From assembly GCA_963728565.1 (NCBI GenBank), contig CAVSLC010000020.1:64001-128000 (forward strand): a stretch of 64,000 nt of DNA, given 5' to 3'. The number at the start of each line of letters is the position of its first letter. Position 1 is the stretch's first letter. Below the pieces are notes generated by a model, which was not told the origin of the DNA, searched no databases, and was given only the letters and a program-made list of their open reading frames with translations. Source of the DNA: an uncultured delta proteobacterium. GTDB lineage: Bacteria > Desulfobacterota > Binatia > UBA9968. This document shows, one piece after another, positions 51,631-60,730 of this stretch. A program made the position numbers and the translations under genes.

Positions 51631-53364
51631 ATGACCATCGATCCGATCACTCTCCAAGTCATCCAGGCGCGGCTTGCCGGCATCGCCCAGGAGATGCAAA
51701 ATTCGCTGTTTCGGACCGGTTATTCCACCATCATCCGCGAGTCACAAGACGCCAGTTGTGCGATCTTGAATCGCCAGGGCGAAGTGGTCGCGCAACATGT
51801 CGTGCTGCCGCTGCACATGGGCGCGTTTCCAGCTTGCGCCGAGGCAATATTGAAGACCTACGCGCCGGCTGAGATTCATGAGGGCGACGCCTACATCACC
51901 AATCACCCCTATCTCGGCGGTAGCCCGCATGCCCCGGATATGGGCGTGTTCACGCCGATTTTTTATCGGGGAGAATGGGTCGGCTTCACCGCGAATATGG
52001 CGCACAAGAGCGACATCGGCGGGACGGTGCCGGGGAGCGGTTCCGGCAGTGCGCGTGAAATCTATCAAGAGGGGCTCCATCTGCCGCCGATAAAGTTGGT
52101 GTCGCGGCTGCGACCGATTCAAGAGATCGAGGCCATGATCGCCGCCAATAGCCGTACTCCCGGGGTGGTCATTGGCGATTTGCGCGGCCAAGTGGGAGCA
52201 GCCCGCCTGGGTGAGCGCAGAATCACCGAGCTCATGGAGCGTTACGGCAAGCAAACCATAATGGACTGCACCGCCGTGCTTTCATCGAACACCGAAAAGC
52301 GTGTTCGTCAGGCGATCGAAACATGGCCCGACGGCGAATCCCAAGGCGAGAGCTTTATCGATCACGACGGCATCGATTTAACCCGTCCGATCCGCATTCA
52401 TGTGAAAGTAAAAAAGATCGGCGATAGGATTCACTTCGATTTCAGCGGCAGCAGCGATCAGACTCAGGGCCCGGCCAATATCCGGCCGCCGCTGGTGCGC
52501 GCCGCCTGTGTCTACTGTCTGGTCGCGCTGGTTGATCGTTTTTTGCCGATCAATCAGGGTCTCACGCGAGTGATGGAGACAACATTTCGCGCCGGCAGTG
52601 TCGTCGATCCCTATTTCCCCGCATCGGTGAACACCTACATGCCGACTGCATTGACGGTGGCCGAAGCGCTCCTTAGGGCGCTGGCGGCATTCGTTCCCGA
52701 GAAGCGGATTTCGGGGGGATCGGGAAGCGCCGCGCTGGTGCTTGGCGGGCGCGATGCAAAGACCCAGCGGTCCTACGTTCACTACGAGATCTTCAGCGGC
52801 GGCACCGGAGCGCGCTGGAGCAAAGACGGCGTATCCGCAACCGCATTTCACCTGAGCAACTGCAAGACCGCGCCTGTCGAAATCATCGAATCCGAGTTTC
52901 CCACCCGCGTCGAGCGATTTGAAATGATACCGGATTCAGGCGGCGCCGGCCGATGGCGCGGCGGTTTGGGCTTTGCGCGCGACTACCGGATCCTCACCGA
53001 CGAGGTTCGCTTTTCAATGCGCACCGACAAACATGCCATAGCGCCCTTCGGCAGCGACAACGGATTGTCCGGCGCCCAGGGCTCCTGCATCGTCAATCCC
53101 GATTCCGATAAAGAGACGCGCTTGCCATCACGCTTTGGCGATCAGAGGCTCAACAACGGGGATCTCTTGCGGGTCGAGCGTCCCGGCGGCGGCGGCCTCG
53201 GAAATCCCTTGGATCGCGCTGCCGAACAAGTACTCGAAGACGTGCGCCAAGGCTATGTGTCAGTCGAGCGCGCCAAGTCCGACTACAAGGTATCGATCTG
53301 TTACAGCGATAGCGAGCCGTGCGTAGATTGGGGCGAAACGCAAGTTCTACGAGGGAAATTGTAA
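51631..53364 (+). CDS. Hydantoinase B/oxoprolinase family subunit (paralogue 2)
   Basis: MTIDPITLQVIQARL aligns with the start of paralogue 1; same motifs. Confidence 0.93.
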   Translation: MTIDPITLQVIQARLAGIAQEMQNSLFRTGYSTIIRESQDASCAILNRQGEVVAQHVVLPLHMGAFPACAEAILKTYAPAEIHEGDAYITNHPYLGGSPHAPDMGVFTPIFYRGEWVGFTANMAHKSDIGGTVPGSGSGSAREIYQEGLHLPPIKLVSRLRPIQEIEAMIAANSRTPGVVIGDLRGQVGAARLGERRITELMERYGKQTIMDCTAVLSSNTEKRVRQAIETWPDGESQGESFIDHDGIDLTRPIRIHVKVKKIGDRIHFDFSGSSDQTQGPANIRPPLVRAACVYCLVALVDRFLPINQGLTRVMETTFRAGSVVDPYFPASVNTYMPTALTVAEALLRALAAFVPEKRISGGSGSAALVLGGRDAKTQRSYVHYEIFSGGTGARWSKDGVSATAFHLSNCKTAPVEIIESEFPTRVERFEMIPDSGGAGRWRGGLGFARDYRILTDEVRFSMRTDKHAIAPFGSDNGLSGAQGSCIVNPDSDKETRLPSRFGDQRLNNGDLLRVERPGGGGLGNPLDRAAEQVLEDVRQGYVSVERAKSDYKVSICYSDSEPCVDWGETQVLRGKL

Positions 53365-53435
53365 AAAATAAGTAGCAAAAATCGCGGGCCTCTGGTATAA
53401 GCACCCTAATACGTGCGCCCCTTGAAGGAGGAAAA

Positions 53436-53711
53436 ATGGCGACAGCAAAGAAAAAGACCCGTAAACCGAATGCAGCGTTTATGAAACCCGTACAACCGGA
53501 TGCAGCATTGAGCACGGTCGTCGGGACAAAAGCTATCCCTCGCACCGAGGTAACCAAAAAGCTTTGGGCCTATATTAAGAAGAATGGGCTCCAAGACAAA
53601 AAGAAAAAAACCAATATCAATGCCGACGACAATCTTAAAGTTGTTTTCGGTGGTAAGAAGCAAGTCACGATGTTTGAGATGACCAAGCTGGTCAGCAAAC
53701 ACCTCAAGTAA
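53436..53711 (+). CDS. Stand-alone SWIB/MDM2 domain protein
   Basis: PRTEVTKKLWAYIKKNGLQD..K..INADD.L..VFG..VTMFEM.KLV.KHL; AAGGAGG RBS. Confidence 0.93.
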   Translation: MATAKKKTRKPNAAFMKPVQPDAALSTVVGTKAIPRTEVTKKLWAYIKKNGLQDKKKKTNINADDNLKVVFGGKKQVTMFEMTKLVSKHLK

Positions 53712-53745
53712 GATAGTCCCTCCTTATTTCGCAAGAACATAGTTC

Positions 53746-53790
53746 TCAGTGATTAAGATCGGTGACTTTATCATCGATCTTGATCACTGA
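53746..53790. terminator. 20-bp inverted repeat, possible bidirectional terminator
   Basis: TCAGTGATTAAGATCGGTGA-CTTTA-TCATCGATCTTGATCACTGA; both mismatches are G-U on the + strand. Confidence 0.55.
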
Positions 53791-53860
53791 TCGAATGCTG
53801 CGGCTTAGTGGTTCGGCTAACGCCTAGTGGCCGAGTCTTACTGTTGTCTGTTTTCAGGCA

Positions 53861-54026
53861 ACCTGATCATCCGCGCCCAGCTGTCATCTACAGCAGCCTT
53901 GCCTGTCTTCTGGAAATCGCAAAGACTCACGATCATCTAACAGGCTTCACCAAACTCCCTGAGCGCGGTCAATTATCAAGGCGACCCGGCAGATTCGCTA
54001 GGCCACCGGGATGCGCGGAACCAGGC
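53861..54026 (-). ncRNA. Candidate multi-stem structured RNA just downstream of purF (family not recognised)
   Basis: Manual folding gives a closing stem and four branch stems, most with G-U pairs that only work on the minus strand. Confidence 0.45.
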
Positions 54027-54032
54027 TGATCG

Positions 54033-55463
54033 TTATAACCGATGCTGCAGCGCATCGAACAGGTGAAGTTGCCGTGTGTGCCCTTCGTCCTCGAAATGAA
54101 CGGGGTAGTTGCCGCTGAAACAGGCGTCGCAGAAACCCTGCCGGTCTCCGTCGAAATAATCATACATGCCCTCGTTGCTGAGATAGGCAAGAGTGTCGGC
54201 TTCGATAAAGCGGCGGATCTCTTCCAGCGAATTGGATGAGGCAATCAGTTCGGTACGGGTCGGTGTGTCGATGCCGTAGTAACACGGACCGGTGGTGGCG
54301 GGCGAGCTGATACGCATGTGAACTTCCTTTGCGCCGGCGTCGCGCAGCATGCGAATGATCTTCCGGCTTGTTGTGCCGCGCACGATGGAATCATCAACTA
54401 CAATGACGCGCTTGCCGTTGAGAACTTCCCGCTGAGCGTTGAGTTTTATCTTAACCCCGAAATGGCGAATGGTTTGCTGCGGCTCGATGAACGTGCGGCC
54501 GACATAATGGTTGCGAATCAAGCCGAACTCGAGCGGAATCTTCGATTCTTCGGCGTAGCCGATGGCGGCAGGCACCCCGGAGTCGGGCACCGGGGTTACC
54601 AGATCCGCGTCGACAGCGCTCTCTTTCGCCAGCTGGCGACCCATGGATTTCCGGACGTTGTAAACGTTGTGACCGTACAGCGAGCTGTCCGGCCGGGCGA
54701 AGTAAATGTATTCGAAAATGCATTTGGCGTGGGGCACCGGCGGAAACGGCTTTAGCGAGTCCATCCCGGCCGGACTGAAAGTAATGATCTCCCCGGGTTC
54801 GACCTCGCGCACATAGTCCGCCTCGATTAAGTCCAGCGCGCACGTTTCCGAGGCGACAACGTAGGCTCCACTATTCGGTCCCTCGCGAAATTTTCCTAGA
54901 ACCAGCGGTCGGAAGCCATACGGATCCCGGGCGGCGATCATCCGATCCGGCGTAATGAAGAGCAACGAATAGGCGCCCCGCACGCGGCTGAGCGCTTCAA
55001 CGATCCGTGCCATGAGCGAAATCTCTTTGGAGGTGGCGATCAAATGAATGATCACTTCGGTGTCAGAAGTCGACTGGAATATCGAGCCTGAGCGTTCCAG
55101 CTCATCGCGCAAGATCGCGCCATTAACCAAGTTGCCGTTGTGCGCGATGGCGATGGGGCCCTGCGAATACTCAACAACGAAGGGCTGCGCGTTTTTAAGA
55201 TGACTTTGGCCTTGAGTGGAGTAGCGATTGTGACCTATGGCGCTTTGGCCTTCCAAGCGTTTGATGACATCTTCCTTGAAGACATCGGCGACGAGACCCA
55301 TTTGCCTGTGCGAAATGAGCGCCTTTCCATCTGAAGACACGATACCGCACGACTCCTGACCACGATGTTGCAGCGCATAAAGACCGAGATAGACCATGTT
55401 GGCCGCTTCCGGATGCCCATAGACGCCCATCACCGCACATTCGTCGTGAAATTTATCCATCAA
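54033..55463 (-). CDS. purF: Amidophosphoribosyltransferase
   Basis: DECAVMG, LQHRGQE, GHNRYST, HNGNL, CIFEYIYFARPDS, VVDDSIVRGTT. Confidence 0.97.
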   Translation of the reverse strand: MMDKFHDECAVMGVYGHPEAANMVYLGLYALQHRGQESCGIVSSDGKALISHRQMGLVADVFKEDVIKRLEGQSAIGHNRYSTQGQSHLKNAQPFVVEYSQGPIAIAHNGNLVNGAILRDELERSGSIFQSTSDTEVIIHLIATSKEISLMARIVEALSRVRGAYSLLFITPDRMIAARDPYGFRPLVLGKFREGPNSGAYVVASETCALDLIEADYVREVEPGEIITFSPAGMDSLKPFPPVPHAKCIFEYIYFARPDSSLYGHNVYNVRKSMGRQLAKESAVDADLVTPVPDSGVPAAIGYAEESKIPLEFGLIRNHYVGRTFIEPQQTIRHFGVKIKLNAQREVLNGKRVIVVDDSIVRGTTSRKIIRMLRDAGAKEVHMRISSPATTGPCYYGIDTPTRTELIASSNSLEEIRRFIEADTLAYLSNEGMYDYFDGDRQGFCDACFSGNYPVHFEDEGHTRQLHLFDALQHRL

Positions 55464-55523
55464 TCCTCGAACCGTGAAATTCCGGGCTTTGTAACAGTTC
55501 GACAGCCGCAGTCGCTGAGCCGC

Positions 55524-57752
55524 TTACTTCAGACGATCGGCAAGCGTTGACGACCAAATCACCTGTAGCTCATCCACGGGCAATTGCAAAATCGGTTGAA
55601 TCGAAAAACGCGAACCGCCGACTGCGCCGATCACCTGGAGCGGCACCGCATGCCGGGAGGCAATTTCTTGCAACTGACTTAAATCCTTCTCCTGCATCGA
55701 CACCAGAATCCGCGACTGAGATTCGCTAAACAGTAAGGCATCGCCGCGGATCATTTCACGCATCTCGGCTCTAACTCCCAAGGCTTTATCCGGACCGCCG
55801 ATACAGCACTCCGCCAACGCCACAGCCAAGCCACCGTCGGATATGTCGTGCGCCGAACGGAGGATGCCGCTTTCAATAGCTTCGATGCAACAGTTCTGGA
55901 TAGCCTGCTCCAGCTTGAGATCGATCCAAGGCGGTGTGCCCTTGACGATATTATGAATAAGCTTGAGGTATTCACTACCACCGAGTTCTTCACGCGTGCG
56001 ACCTAGCAGCACCACGATATCACCAGCAGCTTTGAACCAGGGGGTTATGACTCGGTTAACCTTTGACAGAAGACCAACCATGCCGATGGTGGGCGTTGGG
56101 TAAATGGGAATCCCGTCCGTTTCATTATAGAAACTTACATTACCGCTCACAACCGGCACTTTGAGCGCAACACAGGCGTCGCGCATACCTTGAATGACAC
56201 GCGCAAACTGCCACATGACCGCTGGATTCTCGGGACTGCCAAAGTTCAGACAATCAGTGAGCCCGACCGGCCGGGCGCCGACACAGGCCAGGTTGCGCGC
56301 CGCCTCCGCCACGGCTAGAGCGCCGCCAACGTAGGGATCGAGAAAACAATAACGGCTGTTGCCGTCGACTGTCAGCGCGAGCCCTTTATCCGTCCCTTTG
56401 ATGCGAACCACCGCCGCGTCGGCACCTGGCGCTACAACGGTATTGCTGCGCACGTAGCAATCGTATTGACGATAAACCCATTCCTTAGAAGCAATATTGG
56501 GCGCACCCAGCATCAGCTTCAACGTCGCTCCGAGATCTCTCGGCTCTGCGATTGCCGATAAATCCAGTTGCTCGAGGTCGTCTTGACTCTTGGGCCGCTC
56601 GGCGGGCCGGTGATAAACCGGGGCCTCTTTGGTTAAAGCGCTGATCGGGATGCGCGCGACTTCGACGCCATTGAACAGAGCTCGGAACTGGTTGTCGTTC
56701 GTTACCTGGCCGACGACCACCGCCTCAAGATCCCATTTATCAAAAATTCGCTTGATCTCCGCTTCAGTGCCCGCTTTGGCAACTAGAAGCATGCGTTCCT
56801 GAGACTCGGATAGTAAAATTTCGTAAGGCGTCATCCCCTGTTCACGCAAAGGCACCGCCGATAGATCGAGCTCAATCCCGGCACCGCCGCGACCGGCCAT
56901 TTCGGTCGATGAACTGGTCAATCCAGCGGCACCCATATCTTGAATACCGATCAGGTAATCGTGCTCCATCAACTCCAAACACGCTTCCAAAAGAAGCTTT
57001 TCAGTGAATGGATCGCCGACTTGCACCGTGGGTCGCCGCTGCTCTTTTTCTTCAGAGAACGATTCAGAAGCCATGGTTGCGCCGTGAATGCCGTCGCGGC
57101 CGGTCTTGGAGCCGACATACATCACCGGGTTGCGAAAGCCTTTCGCCACCCCGGTGTGAATGCGCTTCTTCTTGGCGATTCCTAACGTGAACGCGTTGAC
57201 CACAATGTTGGCGTCATAGCACTCGTCGAAATAAATCTCGCCCCCTACGGTGGGCACGCCGATGCAGTTGCCATAGCCGCCGATGCCCGCCACCACGCCG
57301 GAAACTAGATACCGCGTGCGCGGATGATCGATGCGGCCAAACCGCAACGAATTCAATGAGGCGATGGGCCGGGCGCCCATGGTAAAAATGTCCCGCAAAA
57401 TACCGCCGACCCCGGTAGCCGCCCCTTGGTAAGGTTCGATGAAAGATGGATGATTGTGGCTTTCCATCTTGAATGCCACTGCCAAACCATCGCCGATATC
57501 GACCACGCCGGCGTTTTCACCGGGACCCTGCAGAACATGCGGCCCTTCGGTGGGCAGGCTTTTTAAGTATTGGCGCGAGCTCTTGTAGCTACAGTGCTCC
57601 GACCACATAACCGAGAACACGCCGAGTTCGGTATAGTTGGGTTCTCGTCCGAGAATTTGAATAATTTTCTGGTACTCATCCTGCGTAATTCCATGGCTCG
57701 CAACCAGCTCAGCAGTAACCACTGGCTGCTGAGAAACGCTCTGATCAACCAT
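55524..57752 (-). CDS. purL: FGAM synthase subunit PurL
   Basis: [47 protein letters not shown]; ATG 57752 overlaps the purQ stop. Confidence 0.97.
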   Translation of the reverse strand: MVDQSVSQQPVVTAELVASHGITQDEYQKIIQILGREPNYTELGVFSVMWSEHCSYKSSRQYLKSLPTEGPHVLQGPGENAGVVDIGDGLAVAFKMESHNHPSFIEPYQGAATGVGGILRDIFTMGARPIASLNSLRFGRIDHPRTRYLVSGVVAGIGGYGNCIGVPTVGGEIYFDECYDANIVVNAFTLGIAKKKRIHTGVAKGFRNPVMYVGSKTGRDGIHGATMASESFSEEKEQRRPTVQVGDPFTEKLLLEACLELMEHDYLIGIQDMGAAGLTSSSTEMAGRGGAGIELDLSAVPLREQGMTPYEILLSESQERMLLVAKAGTEAEIKRIFDKWDLEAVVVGQVTNDNQFRALFNGVEVARIPISALTKEAPVYHRPAERPKSQDDLEQLDLSAIAEPRDLGATLKLMLGAPNIASKEWVYRQYDCYVRSNTVVAPGADAAVVRIKGTDKGLALTVDGNSRYCFLDPYVGGALAVAEAARNLACVGARPVGLTDCLNFGSPENPAVMWQFARVIQGMRDACVALKVPVVSGNVSFYNETDGIPIYPTPTIGMVGLLSKVNRVITPWFKAAGDIVVLLGRTREELGGSEYLKLIHNIVKGTPPWIDLKLEQAIQNCCIEAIESGILRSAHDISDGGLAVALAECCIGGPDKALGVRAEMREMIRGDALLFSESQSRILVSMQEKDLSQLQEIASRHAVPLQVIGAVGGSRFSIQPILQLPVDELQVIWSSTLADRLK

Positions 57753-58455
57753 GCGCTGCGCTCTTTGAATCGCAGGCGGCCGCAATCGAGGAGAAAATCT
57801 TCAGTCCGTCATCGCTGCCGAGGAGCTTGTTGCAGGCATCTTCCGGATGGGGCATCAACCCGAACACGTTGCGTCTTTCATTGCAGACGCCGGCGATGTC
57901 ATCCACCGAGCCATTGGGGTTGGCAGCCGGCGAAGTTTTTCCTTTGGCATTAACATAGCGTAGGAGAACCTGACGATTGCGGTGTAATCGCTCTAAAGTC
58001 AGTTCATCAGCGTGATAACGTCCTTCGCCGTGTTTGACCGGAATTTTTAGCAGCTGCCCTTTTTTTAGCTGAGAGGTAAACGGCGCGTCGGTCTCTTCCA
58101 CCCGCAGCCAGGTTTGTTGACAAACGAACTTCAGGCCGGCATTGCGCACCAACGCTCCGGGGAGCAGTCCCGCTTCACAGAGGATTTGGAAACCGTTGCA
58201 AATGCCGAGCACGAGGCCGCCTTCTTGAGCGAATTTCTCAACGCCGCGCATGATTGGTGAAAAGCGCGCCACCGCGCCGCAGCGGAGATAATCGCCATAG
58301 GAAAAGCCGCCCGGGAGTACCAGACAATCGAAATGTCCGGCAAGCTCATCCTTGTGCCAGAGAAACTTGACCTTCTGGCCCATCTCCCGTTTGAGACTAT
58401 CGAAAACATCCTGGTCATCGCACGACCCTGGAAAAACAATCACACCCCAACGCAC
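57745..58455 (-). CDS. purQ: FGAM synthase glutaminase subunit PurQ
   Basis: [37 protein letters not shown]. Confidence 0.96.
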   Translation of the reverse strand: MRWGVIVFPGSCDDQDVFDSLKREMGQKVKFLWHKDELAGHFDCLVLPGGFSYGDYLRCGAVARFSPIMRGVEKFAQEGGLVLGICNGFQILCEAGLLPGALVRNAGLKFVCQQTWLRVEETDAPFTSQLKKGQLLKIPVKHGEGRYHADELTLERLHRNRQVLLRYVNAKGKTSPAANPNGSVDDIAGVCNERRNVFGLMPHPEDACNKLLGSDDGLKIFSSIAAACDSKSAAHG

Positions 58456-58570
58456 CCTATAACTCCCCTATTTCAACCTTGAGACTATCGAAAACATCCT
58501 GGTCATCGCACGACCCTGGAAAAACAATGACACCCCAACGCACCCTAGAACTCCCCTATTCAACTTTGAG
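58391..58570. repeat. Tandem duplication (88/87 bp) of the purQ RBS and first 22 codons
   Basis: 58391-58478 repeated at 58479-58565 with about 4 differences; TTGAG at 58391, 58479 and 58566. Confidence 0.9.
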
Positions 58571-58600
58571 GCCCCGAACCATCTCGATCCGCACGAACTA

Positions 58601-58846
58601 TCAGCCTTCAGATATTTCATAATGGAAATTTTCTATGACCGGATTTGCCAGCAGCTTGTCGCACATCTCACGGATGCGAACCTCCGCGACTTCTCGCGAA
58701 TTAGCGTCTAAATTGAGCTCGACGAATTTGCCGACTCTTACATCCTGAACCTCTTGGTAGCCCAACGTATGCAGAGACTGCTCGACCGCTTTACCTTGGG
58801 GATCGAGCACGCCGTTCTTTAGTGACACAAATATTTTGACCCGCAT
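58601..58846 (-). CDS. purS: FGAM synthase subunit PurS
   Basis: LKNGVLDPQG, VRVGK, MCDKLLANPVIE. Confidence 0.96.
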   Translation of the reverse strand: MRVKIFVSLKNGVLDPQGKAVEQSLHTLGYQEVQDVRVGKFVELNLDANSREVAEVRIREMCDKLLANPVIENFHYEISEG

Positions 58847-58880
58847 CAGCGCCTTCGGCCGGTCGTCTCCGGCGATAACT

Positions 58881-60173
58881 TTAACGGAATACCCTGCGAA
58901 AGATGAAGTCTACATTGGCAAGATGATGCTTTAAACCCCACACCGCTTCCACCTCGCGCGCCGACAGATAGCTCGTGATCTCCCGGTCTTTTAGCAACTC
59001 ATTTTTTAGCTCACCACCATCTCTAGCGATTTTCAAGGCATGGCGCTGAACCATGCGGTAAGCCGCATCTCGAGAGACGCCCTTATCGACCAGGGCGAGA
59101 AGCACGGCCTCGGAGAAAACCGCCCCACCGCTTTTTTCCAGGTTGCGTTTCATATTCTCGGGATAGACACATAACTCTCCCAGCACATAGGTCATGCGCC
59201 GCAACATAAAATCGAGCGCGATCGTTGCATCCGGCGCAATCACTCGTTCCACCGAAGAGTGGCTGATATCTCGCTCATGCCAAAGCGCCACATTTTCCAA
59301 CGCCGCCAATGCATAAGAACGCATCAGCCGCGCCAATCCTGTTACGTTCTCGGACAAAATCGGGTTGCGTTTGTGCGGCATCGCCGATGAGCCCTTCTGC
59401 CCTGCCGTAAAGGGCTCTTCGGCCTCCTGCACCTCGGTCCGCTGCAGGTGACGGATTTCAACAGCAAACTTTTCTAGCGAACTGCCGATCACTGCCAATG
59501 TTGCAAAAAAGTACGCATGGCGGTCGCGCTGGATGATCTGATTGGATACCAATGCGGGTTTAAGTCCGCTCTTCTCACAAACATAGGCTTCAACTTTGGG
59601 AGAGATCTGGGCGAAGGTACCGACGGCTCCCGAAATCTGACCGACGCTAATATCTTCCACGGCTTTCCTCAGCCGAACAAGATTCCTAACCATCTCTTCA
59701 TACCAAAGCGCCAATTTTAAGCCGAACGTGATCGGCTCCGCATGCACGCCATGCGTGCGGCCGATCATCACCGTCGATTTATACTTGTAGGCCTGGCGGC
59801 GCAGGACCTTCATCAAGCTCTGCACATCTTCGACTAAAATCGCCGCAGCTTCTCTGAGTTGAATCGCCAGAGCCGTATCCATCACATCTGATGAGGTCAT
59901 ACCGAGATGAAGAAAGCGCGCATCATCGCCGATGGATTCGGCCACAGAGCTCAAAAATGCGATGACTTCGTGCTTTACCTCGCGCTCGATCTCGCGAATA
60001 CGCCCGACGTCGAAGCGCGCGTTTTTCCTGATCCGGCTGATAGCTGCTTTCGGGACTTTGCCCATTTGTGCCAAGGCCTCGGCCGCCAGTATTTCGATGT
60101 CGAGCCACTTCTGAAAACTATTTTCCTCGGACCAGATCCGACCCATTTCCGGTCGTGTATAACGTGGGATCAT
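58881..60173 (-). CDS. purB: Adenylosuccinate lyase
   Basis: MIPRY, HLGMTSSD, GRTHGVHAEP, GSSAMPHKRNP, WHERDISHSSVER. Confidence 0.97.
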   Translation of the reverse strand: MIPRYTRPEMGRIWSEENSFQKWLDIEILAAEALAQMGKVPKAAISRIRKNARFDVGRIREIEREVKHEVIAFLSSVAESIGDDARFLHLGMTSSDVMDTALAIQLREAAAILVEDVQSLMKVLRRQAYKYKSTVMIGRTHGVHAEPITFGLKLALWYEEMVRNLVRLRKAVEDISVGQISGAVGTFAQISPKVEAYVCEKSGLKPALVSNQIIQRDRHAYFFATLAVIGSSLEKFAVEIRHLQRTEVQEAEEPFTAGQKGSSAMPHKRNPILSENVTGLARLMRSYALAALENVALWHERDISHSSVERVIAPDATIALDFMLRRMTYVLGELCVYPENMKRNLEKSGGAVFSEAVLLALVDKGVSRDAAYRMVQRHALKIARDGGELKNELLKDREITSYLSAREVEAVWGLKHHLANVDFIFRRVFR

Positions 60174-60237
60174 GCTTGCAGTAAGCCTGTAGTTTGATTA
60201 TCGGCTGATGGTGAGTGGAGTGAAATTCGCCCGGGAC

Positions 60238-60703
60238 TCAACGTTTTCGGATCTCATCGGTATGGCCAAAGCCTCCCGCCTGCCGCTCGGAACGAGGCAA
60301 TTCGCCGACTTCTTGCCAGAGCGCGCGCACAACCCGTTGAATTATCATTTGTGCGATCCTCTGTCCCGGCCGAATGATGATTGATGTCCGAACCCAAATT
60401 GATGGCGATGAGTTGGATTTCACCCCGGTAGTCCGCATCGATCGTTCCGGGGCTGTTGATTAGGGTTAGCCCTTCTTTCAAAGCAATCCCGCTACGCGGG
60501 CGAATTTGCGCCTCGTATCCGAAAGGCAGCGCGATCGCAATTCCGGTCGGAATCAGCGTTCGCTGGAGAGGTCCCAATTGGATATCATGAGAAAGGTCGG
60601 CGCATAGATCCATGCCGGCCGCCCCTTCTGTCATATAAGCTGGCAGTGAAGCCGGCGCGCCGCCGGGACGCACTCGCTTGATCGCTATCTGAATCTCTTC
60701 CAC
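60238..60703 (-). CDS. dut: dUTP diphosphatase; frameshift near 60385
   Basis: [23 protein letters not shown] in one frame; RIAQM and RQAGGFGHT in the next. Confidence 0.92.
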
Positions 60704-60730
60704 GGCGCGCGAACTCCGATCGAGGAGTGA

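Noticed and set aside
53901-53962. AGGGAGUUUGGUGAA and CCAGAAGAC as cobalamin riboswitch fragments
   Set aside because: Core elements (CCCGCAACUGU, GCCACUG B12 box) are missing and no gene lies downstream on that strand.
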